A stretch of DNA of 64,000 nt from NCBI GenBank assembly GCA_963743525.1, contig CAVUQH010000002.1, positions 64,001-128,000 of the forward strand. The letters are read 5' to 3'. Position 1 is the stretch's first letter. Every line of letters starts with the position of its first letter. The position numbers and the translations under genes were made by a program. Origin of the DNA: an uncultured delta proteobacterium (GTDB lineage: Bacteria > Myxococcota_A > Polyangia > Haliangiales > Haliangiaceae). Below are positions 36,018 to 45,095 of this stretch, in pieces. The notes under the pieces were generated by a model that was not told where the DNA came from, ran no database searches, and saw nothing but the letters and a program-made list of their open reading frames with translations.

Positions 36018-37586
36018 GCGGACGCGGCGTTCCAGGCGGCGCAGGCTGTCGTGGACGTCACTGCGCAGCGACGGGGTGCGCAGGGCGTCCTGGAAGGGAA
36101 TGCGCCGGTAGTCGGCGCGCAACTTGCTCACCGCGGCCTCGCCCCGCTTGCCCGCCAGGGCCTCGATCTGTTCGCCGACGTGGACGTACAGCTCGGTGAG
36201 CGAGCGGGTGGTGATCGGCGCCGCCGGTTTGCCCGGTGCGGCGGCGTCGGCCCGACGCGCCGGCGGACGACTCACTGCTGCATCAGGCCGCCGCTTGCGC
36301 TGCGCGACCGCGGGGCTGGCTCCGGCGTCGGGGAGATCGACGGCGACCGGCGCCGCGTCGATGGCAACCACGGGCGGCGCCACGGCGGCGAGTCCGGCGT
36401 CGGCCGGCGCGAGCGCGACCGCGTCCGCCCGGCCGCCCGAGCCGCCGCGGGTCAGCAGCACCACGGTGACGGCACCAGCGACGAGCAAGAGCAGCAGCGC
36501 AGCCCACAGCCACGCTCGCGACCGGCGGCTGGCGGCCACGACCTCATCGGTGGTCGGCGCCTCGGGCACCGCCGGGCCGCGCACGGTGGCGGCATCGCCC
36601 GAGACCTCGCGCTCGATGGCCACCGGCGGCGCAGCCAGCGCGTCGAGCGCGTCGATGACCTCGGCCGCCGACTGGTAGCGGGCCTCGGGCCGCTTGGCCA
36701 TCAGCTTCATGCAGATCGCCTCGAGCCCGGGGTCAACCCGCAGCCCGGGGATCCGCTCGGCGAACGGCGGAGGATCGACGGCCATGTTGGCCCGCGCGAT
36801 CTGCAGCGGCGAGCCCTCGAACGGCAGCACTCCGGCCAGGAGCTCGTACATCAACACGCCGAGACTGAACAGGTCGGTGCGGTGATCGATCTCGCCGCCC
36901 ATCGCCTGCTCGGGAGCCATGTACGCCGGCGTGCCCAGCACCAGCCCCTCGGTGGTCAAGCGCTCGTCGTCGGCTTCGGTGAGGATGGCGATGCCGAAGT
37001 CGACGATGCGCGGCACCTCGCGGCCGTCGCGGCGGGTGACGATGACGTTCTCGCTCTTGAAGTCGCGGTGGACCAGCCCCTGGTCGTGGGCGTAGGCCAG
37101 GCCGCGGCAGAGCTGGGTGACCAGATCGATGACCCGCTCGCGCGACAGCGGCGCCTCGCGGGCGATCAGCTCGTACAGCTCTTCGCCCTCGACGAAGTCC
37201 ATGACCAGGTAGAGCAGCCGCTCGTTGGTCTCGCCGAAGTCGACCACCGAGATGACGTTGGGGTGCTCGAGCCGGCTGGCCGCCTCGGCCTCGCGCGCGA
37301 ACCGCTCGCGCATCTTCTCGTCCGTGGCGTGGTCGCCGAACAGCACCTTGACGGCAAAGCGCCGGCTTACCCGCTGGTGCCTGGCCTGGTAGACCCGGCC
37401 CATTCCGCCCTCGCCGATGCACGCCTCGATGACGTAGCGGTCGGCGAAGGTCTTGCCGACCAGCGGATCGTCGTCGAGCTCGGTCAGCGGCGCGCCGTCG
37501 ATGGGGCAGCGGGCAAAGCCGGTGCGAAAGACGGACCGACACGACGGGCAGCCGTAGCGCCGCTGTGCCGCGGCTGCGGTGGTCAG
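36006..37586 (-). CDS. Ser/Thr protein kinase with N-terminal zinc ribbon and TM
   Basis: CPSC...CPIDG, IGEGGMGRVY, AVK, HRDFKSEN, DFG, GTPAYMAPE. Start uncertain (possible CTG 37586). Confidence 0.88.
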   Translation of the reverse strand: MTTAAAAQRRYGCPSCRSVFRTGFARCPIDGAPLTELDDDPLVGKTFADRYVIEACIGEGGMGRVYQARHQRVSRRFAVKVLFGDHATDEKMRERFAREAEAASRLEHPNVISVVDFGETNERLLYLVMDFVEGEELYELIAREAPLSRERVIDLVTQLCRGLAYAHDQGLVHRDFKSENVIVTRRDGREVPRIVDFGIAILTEADDERLTTEGLVLGTPAYMAPEQAMGGEIDHRTDLFSLGVLMYELLAGVLPFEGSPLQIARANMAVDPPPFAERIPGLRVDPGLEAICMKLMAKRPEARYQSAAEVIDALDALAAPPVAIEREVSGDAATVRGPAVPEAPTTDEVVAASRRSRAWLWAALLLLLVAGAVTVVLLTRGGSGGRADAVALAPADAGLAAVAPPVVAIDAAPVAVDLPDAGASPAVAQRKRRPDAAVSRPPARRADAAAPGKPAAPITTRSLTELYVHVGEQIEALAGKRGEAAVSKLRADYRRIPFQDALRTPSLRSDVHDSLRRLERRVRSAR

Positions 37587-38485
37587 AAACTGCCTCCGAT
37601 CGACAGCGACAACCCGCCGCTCGCGACCCCCACGGCGACCGGCGGCGGCGCAGCGGCCGGCGCCGGGGCACGTTCGCCACCGGAACGATAGTAGAGGACC
37701 AGCGTCGTGACTCCGGCCGCGACCGCGCCGCCGAGCAGGAGGTCGGCGGCCAGCGCGTGGCTGCGCAGGCTGTCGATGCGGCTCTGCGAGCACGGCGGCG
37801 CCGACGAGTGCCGGCAGTCGTCCGCGGCCAGGGCGTTGTACTTGTTGCGCGCGCTCAGCGCGAAGATGCCGCCACCGAGCAGCGCCGCGGCGCCGGCGCC
37901 GGCGGCGATCCACGCTCCGCGCGTCAGGTGGTGGCCGTCGTCGGCGCGCGTCGCTCCAGCGCCGGGCACGACGATGACCTTGGTCTCGGGGCCGCGCTGC
38001 TGGCGGGCGATGTGCGGCAGCAGCGCGTGCGCCGCCTTGCGAAAGACCGCCACCGGATCGTCGCCGGCGTTCAGCGTGATGCGCGCGCGCGAGGTGACGC
38101 GGCCGCTGGCGACGTCGGCCCAGGTCGGGTCGATCTGCAGCTGGTCACCCATGCGCACGATGACCAGGAACAACAGCTCGTCGGCATCGAGCCGGCGGCC
38201 GATGTGAACGCGACACGGCGCGTTGGCCACGCACTCGTCGGGCAGCCCGCCCGCCGGCAAGCGGCGCTCGGTCTCGGCGCCGCTGACCATGTCAACCGGC
38301 AGCTCGGCCGACAACCCCCTGGCCAGCTGATCCGACAGCGCGCGCGCCTCGGCGGCGTCAACGTTGACCCGCACCGAGACCACCACGCCGATCCGGCGGT
38401 CTACCTGGGCCGAGGCCGCGCGCGCGCCACCCGCGAGGATGGCCAGCGCAACGGCAGAAACGATGATCCAGCGTTGCATCCCCAT
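37583..38485 (-). CDS. Secreted/membrane hypothetical protein of a type often seen beside myxobacterial kinases
   Basis: Signal peptide, ECVANAPC, TM hairpin, C-terminal GGSF. Confidence 0.6.
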   Translation of the reverse strand: MGMQRWIIVSAVALAILAGGARAASAQVDRRIGVVVSVRVNVDAAEARALSDQLARGLSAELPVDMVSGAETERRLPAGGLPDECVANAPCRVHIGRRLDADELLFLVIVRMGDQLQIDPTWADVASGRVTSRARITLNAGDDPVAVFRKAAHALLPHIARQQRGPETKVIVVPGAGATRADDGHHLTRGAWIAAGAGAAALLGGGIFALSARNKYNALAADDCRHSSAPPCSQSRIDSLRSHALAADLLLGGAVAAGVTTLVLYYRSGGERAPAPAAAPPPVAVGVASGGLSLSIGGSF

Positions 38486-38492
38486 GTCGAGT

Positions 38493-39461
38493 CTACTCCA
38501 CCCGGGAGTCCCGCGCCCCCGGCTGCGTATCGAGCGCCCGTGCCAACGCCCGAGCGACCTGCCGCGCGCTGTCGTAGCGACGGCCCGGATCGGCGGCGAG
38601 CAGCTTCAGGGCGATCTGTTCGAGCGCCGGATCGACCACCAGATGGCTGCTGCGCGCGGCGATCGGCGGCGCGGGCTCGGCGCTCTGGCGCAGCGCACGC
38701 GCCACCGGCGTGCCGTCGAACGGATGTACGCCGGACAAGAGCTCGTACAGGATCACGCCCAGCGCGTACAGATCGGCGCGGTGGTCGGGTGGCGCTCCCT
38801 GCACTACCTCGGGCGCCATGTAACCGGGAGTGCCGCGCAGCTTGCGCGTGGCCCGCCGCGGCGGCACGTCACCGGGAGCGTGGGCCAGGTCGAAGCCGCC
38901 CAGCTGCGGCAGCTCGCGGTCGCCGAGCCCGGCGACGACCACGCGCGACGGCGCCAGCGCACCGTGGACGATGCCGGCATCGTGGAGGTAGGCGAGCGCC
39001 GCACACAGACCGCGGGTGAGCACCGACAGCCGCTGGCGGCCGACCGGTGCGTCGCGCTCGATCACCTGGTCCAGAGTCGGACCGGAGCACGGCTCGGCGA
39101 TGAAGTACGGCAGCCCGGCCTCGGTGCGCCCGGCGTCGACGACCTCCTGAATGTGTGGATGCGACAGCGTCCCGGCGATGCGCGCGCCGCGCTCGAAGCG
39201 AGCTCGCGCGCTGCCCACGGCCGCGCGCTCGCCGCACAGCACGTGAACCTCGACCGCCTGGCCGGCGTAAACCGCGTGGTAGACGCGCGACTCGCGGCGC
39301 TCGCCGGCCAGCGCCACCACCAGGTAGCGGCCGCCGATCCGGTAGTCGATCATCGGATCCGGGGGAATCGGCCGCGTCGCCGTGCCGCACAGCGGGCAGC
39401 AGGCGACCTGCCGGCGGAAGACCGCGCGACAGCGGGGGCAGTGAACGCGCCGGGCCAGCAT
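38493..39461 (-). CDS. Ser/Thr pseudokinase with N-terminal zinc ribbon
   Basis: GTPGYMAPE and DLYALG retained; VAIK->VEVH, HRD->HGA, DFG->GFD. Confidence 0.75.
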   Translation of the reverse strand: MLARRVHCPRCRAVFRRQVACCPLCGTATRPIPPDPMIDYRIGGRYLVVALAGERRESRVYHAVYAGQAVEVHVLCGERAAVGSARARFERGARIAGTLSHPHIQEVVDAGRTEAGLPYFIAEPCSGPTLDQVIERDAPVGRQRLSVLTRGLCAALAYLHDAGIVHGALAPSRVVVAGLGDRELPQLGGFDLAHAPGDVPPRRATRKLRGTPGYMAPEVVQGAPPDHRADLYALGVILYELLSGVHPFDGTPVARALRQSAEPAPPIAARSSHLVVDPALEQIALKLLAADPGRRYDSARQVARALARALDTQPGARDSRVE

Positions 39462-39530
39462 CGGTCCCCAGACTGCCGCTTCCCTGCGTCCAGGCGAAAC
39501 CGGAACCAGCGTGAGGCGTGCGTGAGGTGG

Positions 39531-40346
39531 TCAGCCGCGGACGGGCCAGGCCAGGCGGTAGCCGGCGCCCTTGCGGCTCTCGATCAGGTCGGCGAGCCCG
39601 GCGCCCTTGATCTTGCGCCGCACCCGGCGGACCAGCTCGCGCACGTTCTCGCCGTCGGCGGCGACCGAGTTGAAATCGAGAGAGCGGGCGAGCTCGGCCG
39701 AGGCGACGAACGCGCGCACCGGATCGACGGCGCCGGCTCGTCGCAGCGCCAGCAGGCGCAGCAGGCCGAACTCGAGCCGCCCGAAGTCGACCTCGCCGTC
39801 GCTCCAGCGGGCGATGCCACTGCCCTCGCCCAGCTCGACCAGCTCGACCTCGCGGTCGGCGACCTGCACCCGGGCGGCCAGCGCCAGCTGCTCGCCCGGC
39901 GTCGGAACCGTGCCGCCGGAGCCGCGCTCGGGCGCCAGCGCCGGCATCGCCGAGGCCAGGAAGTAGAACGACACGTCGCCGAAACGAACCTGGTCACCGT
40001 CGAACAGCCGCGCCGCCTGGGCCTTTTCGCCGTTGACCCAGCTGCCGTTGAGGCTGCCGCGGTCGCGCAGCTGGACGCCGTTTTCGCGCACGTTGATCTC
40101 GGCGTGCAGGGCCGACACCGAGTGATGCAGCACCGACAGGTCACACTCGGCGCTGCGACCGACGGCGGTGACCCGCCCGATCGGATGGGTCGCGCCCCAC
40201 TGGTCAACCAATGTGGCGACGCTGCCCGAGGCGCCGCGGTGGACGATCTGCTCGGCGGTGATGTCGGTCGCGCTGGCGAGGGCGTCGGCGTCGCGCGCGC
40301 ACAAGCCACCCACCGCATCCGCCGCTCCGCAGCGCAAACAGGCCAT
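39531..40346 (-). CDS. FHA domain + OmpR-type winged-helix regulator
   Basis: VGRSAECD...SVSALHA...DRGSLNGSWVNG; C-terminal VRRVRRKI...IESRKGAGYRL. Confidence 0.82.
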   Translation of the reverse strand: MACLRCGAADAVGGLCARDADALASATDITAEQIVHRGASGSVATLVDQWGATHPIGRVTAVGRSAECDLSVLHHSVSALHAEINVRENGVQLRDRGSLNGSWVNGEKAQAARLFDGDQVRFGDVSFYFLASAMPALAPERGSGGTVPTPGEQLALAARVQVADREVELVELGEGSGIARWSDGEVDFGRLEFGLLRLLALRRAGAVDPVRAFVASAELARSLDFNSVAADGENVRELVRRVRRKIKGAGLADLIESRKGAGYRLAWPVRG

Positions 40347-40440
40347 GTCGGAGATCAGACCACGCGCGGGCGCCGGCCACAAGTCGTGAGACCGTCGTGA
40401 GGTCACCCACCACCGCGCTGACTCGGGTAACCTGTTGGCG

Positions 40441-41988
40441 ATGTCGTCGTGTGCGCGAACCGTGACTGGCGCCCTGCTCTGCAGCCTGGTCGCGAGCTCC
40501 GGCGGATGTAGCCTGATCTACGACGCCGGTGACTTCAACGCCTCGGACGCGGCCCCGCCTATGGCCGACGCGATGCCGCCGCCCGACGTCGACCCGACGA
40601 TGCTGTCGCTCGACGCGGTGACCCCCGACACGGTGCTCGAGGGCGAGGGCAGCATGGCCACCGGCCGGGCCATTCCCCTTCTCGTCACCGGCAACAGCAT
40701 CGCCGCGGACGCAGTGATCCGGATCGAGCTGGCCGGCGGCGCCGACGCCGGCACCGTACCGATCGAAGTCGGCGACACCGTGGTGTCAACCGACGGCACC
40801 ATGGCCGCGACCACGATCCGCGTGCCGGTGATGGACACGGTCGGGCAAGGCGAGAGCCTGCTCCTGCGCGTGATCGTCGACCAGACCGGCGCGTCTGCGG
40901 GGCTCGACTTCACCGTCACCGGCCTCGATGAGCTCGAGGTCGCCGGCGGCACCCTGACCACGCAGAGCGCCGGCCTGGCGGCGGCCTACTCGCGCATCAC
41001 CTTCGCCCAGGGCGTGCATCTTGCCGGCACCGGGCCGGCTCGCTTCCACGCCACCTCCGAGATCATCGTGTCCGCCGCGGTCAACGCCGACGGCCAGAGC
41101 GACGGCACCGCCGGCGCCGGTGGTTGTTCCGGTGGCGCCGGCGAGACCGCCGGCAACTGCGGCAACGGCGGCGGCGGCCAGGGCACCAGCGGCGTGTTGC
41201 AGAGCGGACCCGGCGGCGGCGGCGGCGGCTTCGGCGGTGTCGGCCAGCAGGGCGCCGGCGGCATGGCCAACGCGCCCGCGGGCGGCGGCGGCATGGCGAC
41301 CGGCAACGACATGCTGGTGCCGATCGCCACCGAGGCGGGCCAGCCGGGCAACCGCGGCAACGGCGGCGGCGGTGGCGGCACCGGCGTGCTCGCGGGCGCC
41401 GCGGGCAACGGCGGCGGCGGCGGCGGCGTGATCGATCTCAGCTGCGACGGCACCGTCACCATCACCGGTGGTGGCGCGCTGCGGGCCAAAGGCGGTGACG
41501 GCGTCGCGGGCGGCGGCCTCGGCGGCGGCGGTGGTGGCGGCGGATCCGGCGGCGCCATCCTGGTGCGCGCCCCCGGTGGACTGATCGACGAGACCGCGGG
41601 CAGCGTGGTGTCGGCGAGCGGCGGCGGCAACGGCGGCGGCAACGGCGGCAACGGATCCGGCGGCCGCATCCGCATCGACTCGCCGGCCGATCCGAGCGCC
41701 ACGGTCGCGGCACCAGCACCGGTGCGGGGCCCGCTGTGGCGCGCCGACCTGCCGGCCATCGTCCGCCAGCCGTCGCTCACCGGCACCGTCGTCGGCGCCC
41801 CGGGTCGCGCCTTCGCGGTCTGGGTCGACGACAATGAGCAGTCGGCGGTCACCCCCGGCGGCGGCGGCAGCAAGCAGGTGACCGTGCCGCTGGTTGCCGG
41901 CCTCAACCACGTGTGCGTCTTCGCCGGCGCGCAGGCCGATTTCCGCGCCGAGGCGTCGATGTGCCGCGCCGTGGTCTACCTGCCGTAG
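40441..41988 (+). CDS. Gly-rich surface lipoprotein
   Basis: SGGC lipobox-like, long GGGGG tracts, GGGGSGGAI and GSGGRIRID motifs. Confidence 0.7.
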   Translation: MSSCARTVTGALLCSLVASSGGCSLIYDAGDFNASDAAPPMADAMPPPDVDPTMLSLDAVTPDTVLEGEGSMATGRAIPLLVTGNSIAADAVIRIELAGGADAGTVPIEVGDTVVSTDGTMAATTIRVPVMDTVGQGESLLLRVIVDQTGASAGLDFTVTGLDELEVAGGTLTTQSAGLAAAYSRITFAQGVHLAGTGPARFHATSEIIVSAAVNADGQSDGTAGAGGCSGGAGETAGNCGNGGGGQGTSGVLQSGPGGGGGGFGGVGQQGAGGMANAPAGGGGMATGNDMLVPIATEAGQPGNRGNGGGGGGTGVLAGAAGNGGGGGGVIDLSCDGTVTITGGGALRAKGGDGVAGGGLGGGGGGGGSGGAILVRAPGGLIDETAGSVVSASGGGNGGGNGGNGSGGRIRIDSPADPSATVAAPAPVRGPLWRADLPAIVRQPSLTGTVVGAPGRAFAVWVDDNEQSAVTPGGGGSKQVTVPLVAGLNHVCVFAGAQADFRAEASMCRAVVYLP

Positions 41989-42049
41989 ACCCGCCGGGGT
42001 AATTCCCCCAGCGCTTGTGCGACGGCGCGTCACCGGGCAAGCTCGGCCG

Positions 42050-42514
42050 GTGCCCGCCTGCATCTTCTGCAGCATCGTCGCCGGCGCCGCGCCGGCGAGC
42101 GTGGTCTGGGCCGACGAGCAGGTTCTGGCGTTCCTCGACATCTACCCGCTGCGCGTCGGTCACGTCCTGGTGATCCCGCGCACGCATGCGGTTCGCCTGA
42201 GCGAGGTTCCATCCGGTACGCGGGCACACCTGTTCGCCGTCGCCATCGAGATCGGCGACGCGCTGCGCGCCGGCTCCGTGCCGTGCGACGACGTCAACAT
42301 CGTGGTCAACGACGGCCGTGCGGCCAATCAAACGGTGCCCCACGTGCACGTTCACGTGCTGCCCCGGCGCCGCGGCGATTTGCCGCGGGTGCTGGGTGCG
42401 CTGATGCGCCGGCCTCTGGCCCCGCTGCTCGATGCCCGCGGCCGCCCTGCTCTCGACACCGACGCCGCCGAGATCCGCCGCCACCTGGACGGTCAACGTT
42501 TGGCCGCGGATTAG
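42050..42514 (+). CDS. HIT family protein
   Basis: CIFC, AFLDIYP, GHVLVIP, QTVPHVHVHVLPR. Confidence 0.93.
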   Translation: MPACIFCSIVAGAAPASVVWADEQVLAFLDIYPLRVGHVLVIPRTHAVRLSEVPSGTRAHLFAVAIEIGDALRAGSVPCDDVNIVVNDGRAANQTVPHVHVHVLPRRRGDLPRVLGALMRRPLAPLLDARGRPALDTDAAEIRRHLDGQRLAAD

Positions 42515-42547
42515 CTCTGGCCGCGCGGACCCGCTACTATGCGGATC

Positions 42548-43030
42548 GTGAGCGACTCGGATGACGCCATCGTCTTCGCCGTCGATTTTTCCGAGATGAC
42601 CGACTTCGTCATCGAGGCCGCGGTCGCGCAGGCGCAGCTGTTCGAGCGCCCCGAGGTGCACGCGGTCGCGGTGCTCGAAGCCGGCACCGGCGAGGCGCTG
42701 AGCGGACGTGCACAAACCCACGGCGAGGAGATCGCCGAGCTGACCGAAGCCCTCGAAGCGCGCATCGCCAACGGGTTCGAAGCCGCCGGGCACCCGCTGG
42801 ACGCCCCCGGCGACTGGGAGATCGAGGTGCACGTGCGCACCGGCCACGCGGCTCGCGAGATCGCGACCCTGGCCCGCGAGGTGCGCGCCGGATTGATCGT
42901 CGTCGGCCGCCACGGTCACAGCGGTCCGCGCGACTTCATCGTCGGCAGCGTGCCGTCGCGGCTGTTGCAGCTCGCCCGTTGCGACGTCCTGGTGGTCCAG
43001 CCCAGCGACTACCCGGACGACGACGAGTAG
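42548..43030 (+). CDS. Universal stress protein
   Basis: AVDFSE, LIVVGRHG...VGSVPSRLL...CDVLVV. Confidence 0.88.
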   Translation: MSDSDDAIVFAVDFSEMTDFVIEAAVAQAQLFERPEVHAVAVLEAGTGEALSGRAQTHGEEIAELTEALEARIANGFEAAGHPLDAPGDWEIEVHVRTGHAAREIATLAREVRAGLIVVGRHGHSGPRDFIVGSVPSRLLQLARCDVLVVQPSDYPDDDE

Positions 43031-43090
43031 CGCGCCGGCGAATTCGCCGTTTTCTTGCCGCCGGGATCGGCCCGCCTTAGCGTCGCTGGG

Positions 43091-43270
43091 ATGAAACAGC
43101 TCTTCCCCAAGGCGATCGTCGAGGACGGCGTCACCATCGGTTACGTGGATCGGGTGGTCAGCCTGGCCCCGTGGGCGGCGCTGGATCCGCACGGGCGGCA
43201 GATGCTGCGCTTCCAGTCCCGGACCGACGCCGTCGCCGAGGTCCGCCGGGCCTGGCGCGAGCGCCGCTGA
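43091..43270 (+). CDS. Small hypothetical protein
   Basis: 59-aa ORF with TAGCGT 7 nt upstream of ATG. Confidence 0.45.
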   Translation: MKQLFPKAIVEDGVTIGYVDRVVSLAPWAALDPHGRQMLRFQSRTDAVAEVRRAWRERR

Positions 43271-43313
43271 CAGCTGCTGGCACCGTGCGAATGCCGATCC
43301 CCGTGGCGCTGCC

Positions 43314-44522
43314 ATGTGGGATCCTCTGCTCGTGCGCCCCACCCTCGTTGTCTTGCTACTGGCGTCCTTCGCCCCCGCCGCCCTGGCCAACCCGGCCGGT
43401 GAGGTTTCCACACCCACCGAGCAGAGCCCCGACATCGTCGGCGGCGCCCAGGTGCCCGACGGCAAGTGGCTCGACGCAGCCGGAATCATCGATGACTCCG
43501 GCGAGCCGATCTGCACCGGCGTGCTGGTCGCGCCGACCGTGGTGCTCACCGCCGGCCACTGCGCCGGTGGCATCCGCTCGGTCATCCTCGGCACCAACGA
43601 CTTCACCCAGGGCGGCGAGCAGATCAACGTGGTGCAGGAGATCCCGTACCCGAACTGGCAGAACAGTCACGACATTACGGCGCTGGTGCTCGAGCATCCC
43701 TCGACCATCGAGCCGCGCCTCATCGCCAGCGGCTGCATCCGCGACAACTACATCGCCAACGGCGCCGACGTCGCCATCGTCGGCTACGGCGCCATCGACA
43801 CCCGCGGCCGCCAGTACACCAACGAGCTGCGCGAGGCGTTCACCACCGTCACCGACGCCGACTGCACCGCGATCGACCGCGGCTGTACCTCCAGCGTCAG
43901 CCCGGGCGGCGAGATCGGCGCCGGCGGCATGGGCATCGACACCTGCTTCGGCGACTCCGGCGGGCCGATGTACCTGCTCACCGATCGCGGCGACTTCGTC
44001 GTCGGCCTGACGTCGCGCGGCTGGGACGACTCCACCACGCCATGCGGTGACGGCGGCATCTACGAGCGCCCCGACTCGGTCATCGACTGGATCGAGAGCC
44101 AGACCGGCGCCACGCTGGTCGAGCCGACCTGCAACGTCGCGCCGGCACCCACGGCCCCCGAGATCGTCGTCGCCGCGGGCGACACCGCCAGCACCGCCGT
44201 GGCCGCCAACGACCCGGACACCACCGACAGCGAGACCTACGCGATCAGCGTCGCCCCGGAGCACGGCACCGCCGAGATCTCGGCAACCGGCGAGCTGACC
44301 TTTGCCGCCGATGCCGACTACGAAGGCGCCGATCAGCTGACCGTGCAGGTCACCGACAACGGCCAGCCGGCGCTGAGCGGCGACGTCGTCGTGCTGATCA
44401 CCGTGACGCCGGGCGACGCCGCGGGAGGCTGCGGCTGCAGCACCGGCTCGGGCGGCGCTCCGGGCACGCTGCTCCTGCTCTTGTTCGTGGCCGCGCTCCT
44501 GCGGCGATCTAGAGCCGCGTAA
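43314..44522 (+). CDS. S1 trypsin-like protease + Ig/cadherin-like domain + MYXO-CTERM
   Basis: IVGG, LTAGHC, DTCFGDSGGP, GGCGCS...LLLLLF...RRSR. Confidence 0.9.
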   Translation: MWDPLLVRPTLVVLLLASFAPAALANPAGEVSTPTEQSPDIVGGAQVPDGKWLDAAGIIDDSGEPICTGVLVAPTVVLTAGHCAGGIRSVILGTNDFTQGGEQINVVQEIPYPNWQNSHDITALVLEHPSTIEPRLIASGCIRDNYIANGADVAIVGYGAIDTRGRQYTNELREAFTTVTDADCTAIDRGCTSSVSPGGEIGAGGMGIDTCFGDSGGPMYLLTDRGDFVVGLTSRGWDDSTTPCGDGGIYERPDSVIDWIESQTGATLVEPTCNVAPAPTAPEIVVAAGDTASTAVAANDPDTTDSETYAISVAPEHGTAEISATGELTFAADADYEGADQLTVQVTDNGQPALSGDVVVLITVTPGDAAGGCGCSTGSGGAPGTLLLLLFVAALLRRSRAA

Positions 44523-44976
44523 TCTCGACCTTGACCGGGCGCTCTTCCGGGGCTCGGACCAGGACTTCGACCGGCAGCTCGTCGCTCTTCATGTGGAAAG
44601 TCGACGAGAAGCTCACGGTCACGTCCCAGCGGCTGCCGCTGGCCTTGCCCGCGGGATCCCGGGCCAGGTGGATCGGCCCGTTGACCAGGTGATCGAGCTC
44701 GCGGCCCTGCTGCATGACCACCACGTTCCACAGGGTCGGGTCCTCGAACGCCTCGCCCTCGAGGCGGCCGCGGCCGATCCCGATGATGTCGAGGTGCAGC
44801 GCGCTGCCCAGCCGCTTGGCCTTGACCTCGACCTGCAGCGGCTGCGGCGCGACATCGCCGTCCGCGGCGAGCTCGACCGGTGGAACTACGTGGCTGTGGG
44901 CGACCGCTTTGTGCGCAGGAGCACCCCCGCACGCAGCCACCAACGCCGGCAAAACGAACAGTGCCGCGACCCTCAT
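44509..44976 (-). CDS. Hypothetical lipoprotein
   Basis: Lipobox LVAAC. Confidence 0.55.
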   Translation of the reverse strand: MRVAALFVLPALVAACGGAPAHKAVAHSHVVPPVELAADGDVAPQPLQVEVKAKRLGSALHLDIIGIGRGRLEGEAFEDPTLWNVVVMQQGRELDHLVNGPIHLARDPAGKASGSRWDVTVSFSSTFHMKSDELPVEVLVRAPEERPVKVEITRL

Positions 44977-45095
44977 CCTCGCGATCGAGGCTAGCACGGT
45001 CGGGGGCGCTCCCGTCGGTAAGATCCAGGGCCGGCGCTAACAGCGACAGGCAATTTCGAAAACCGCCGCGACACCGGTATCCTCGACCCGTTGGC

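Noticed and set aside
43278..43296. Sigma54-like TGGCACC upstream of the protease gene
   Set aside because: GG-to-GC spacing does not fit N10.
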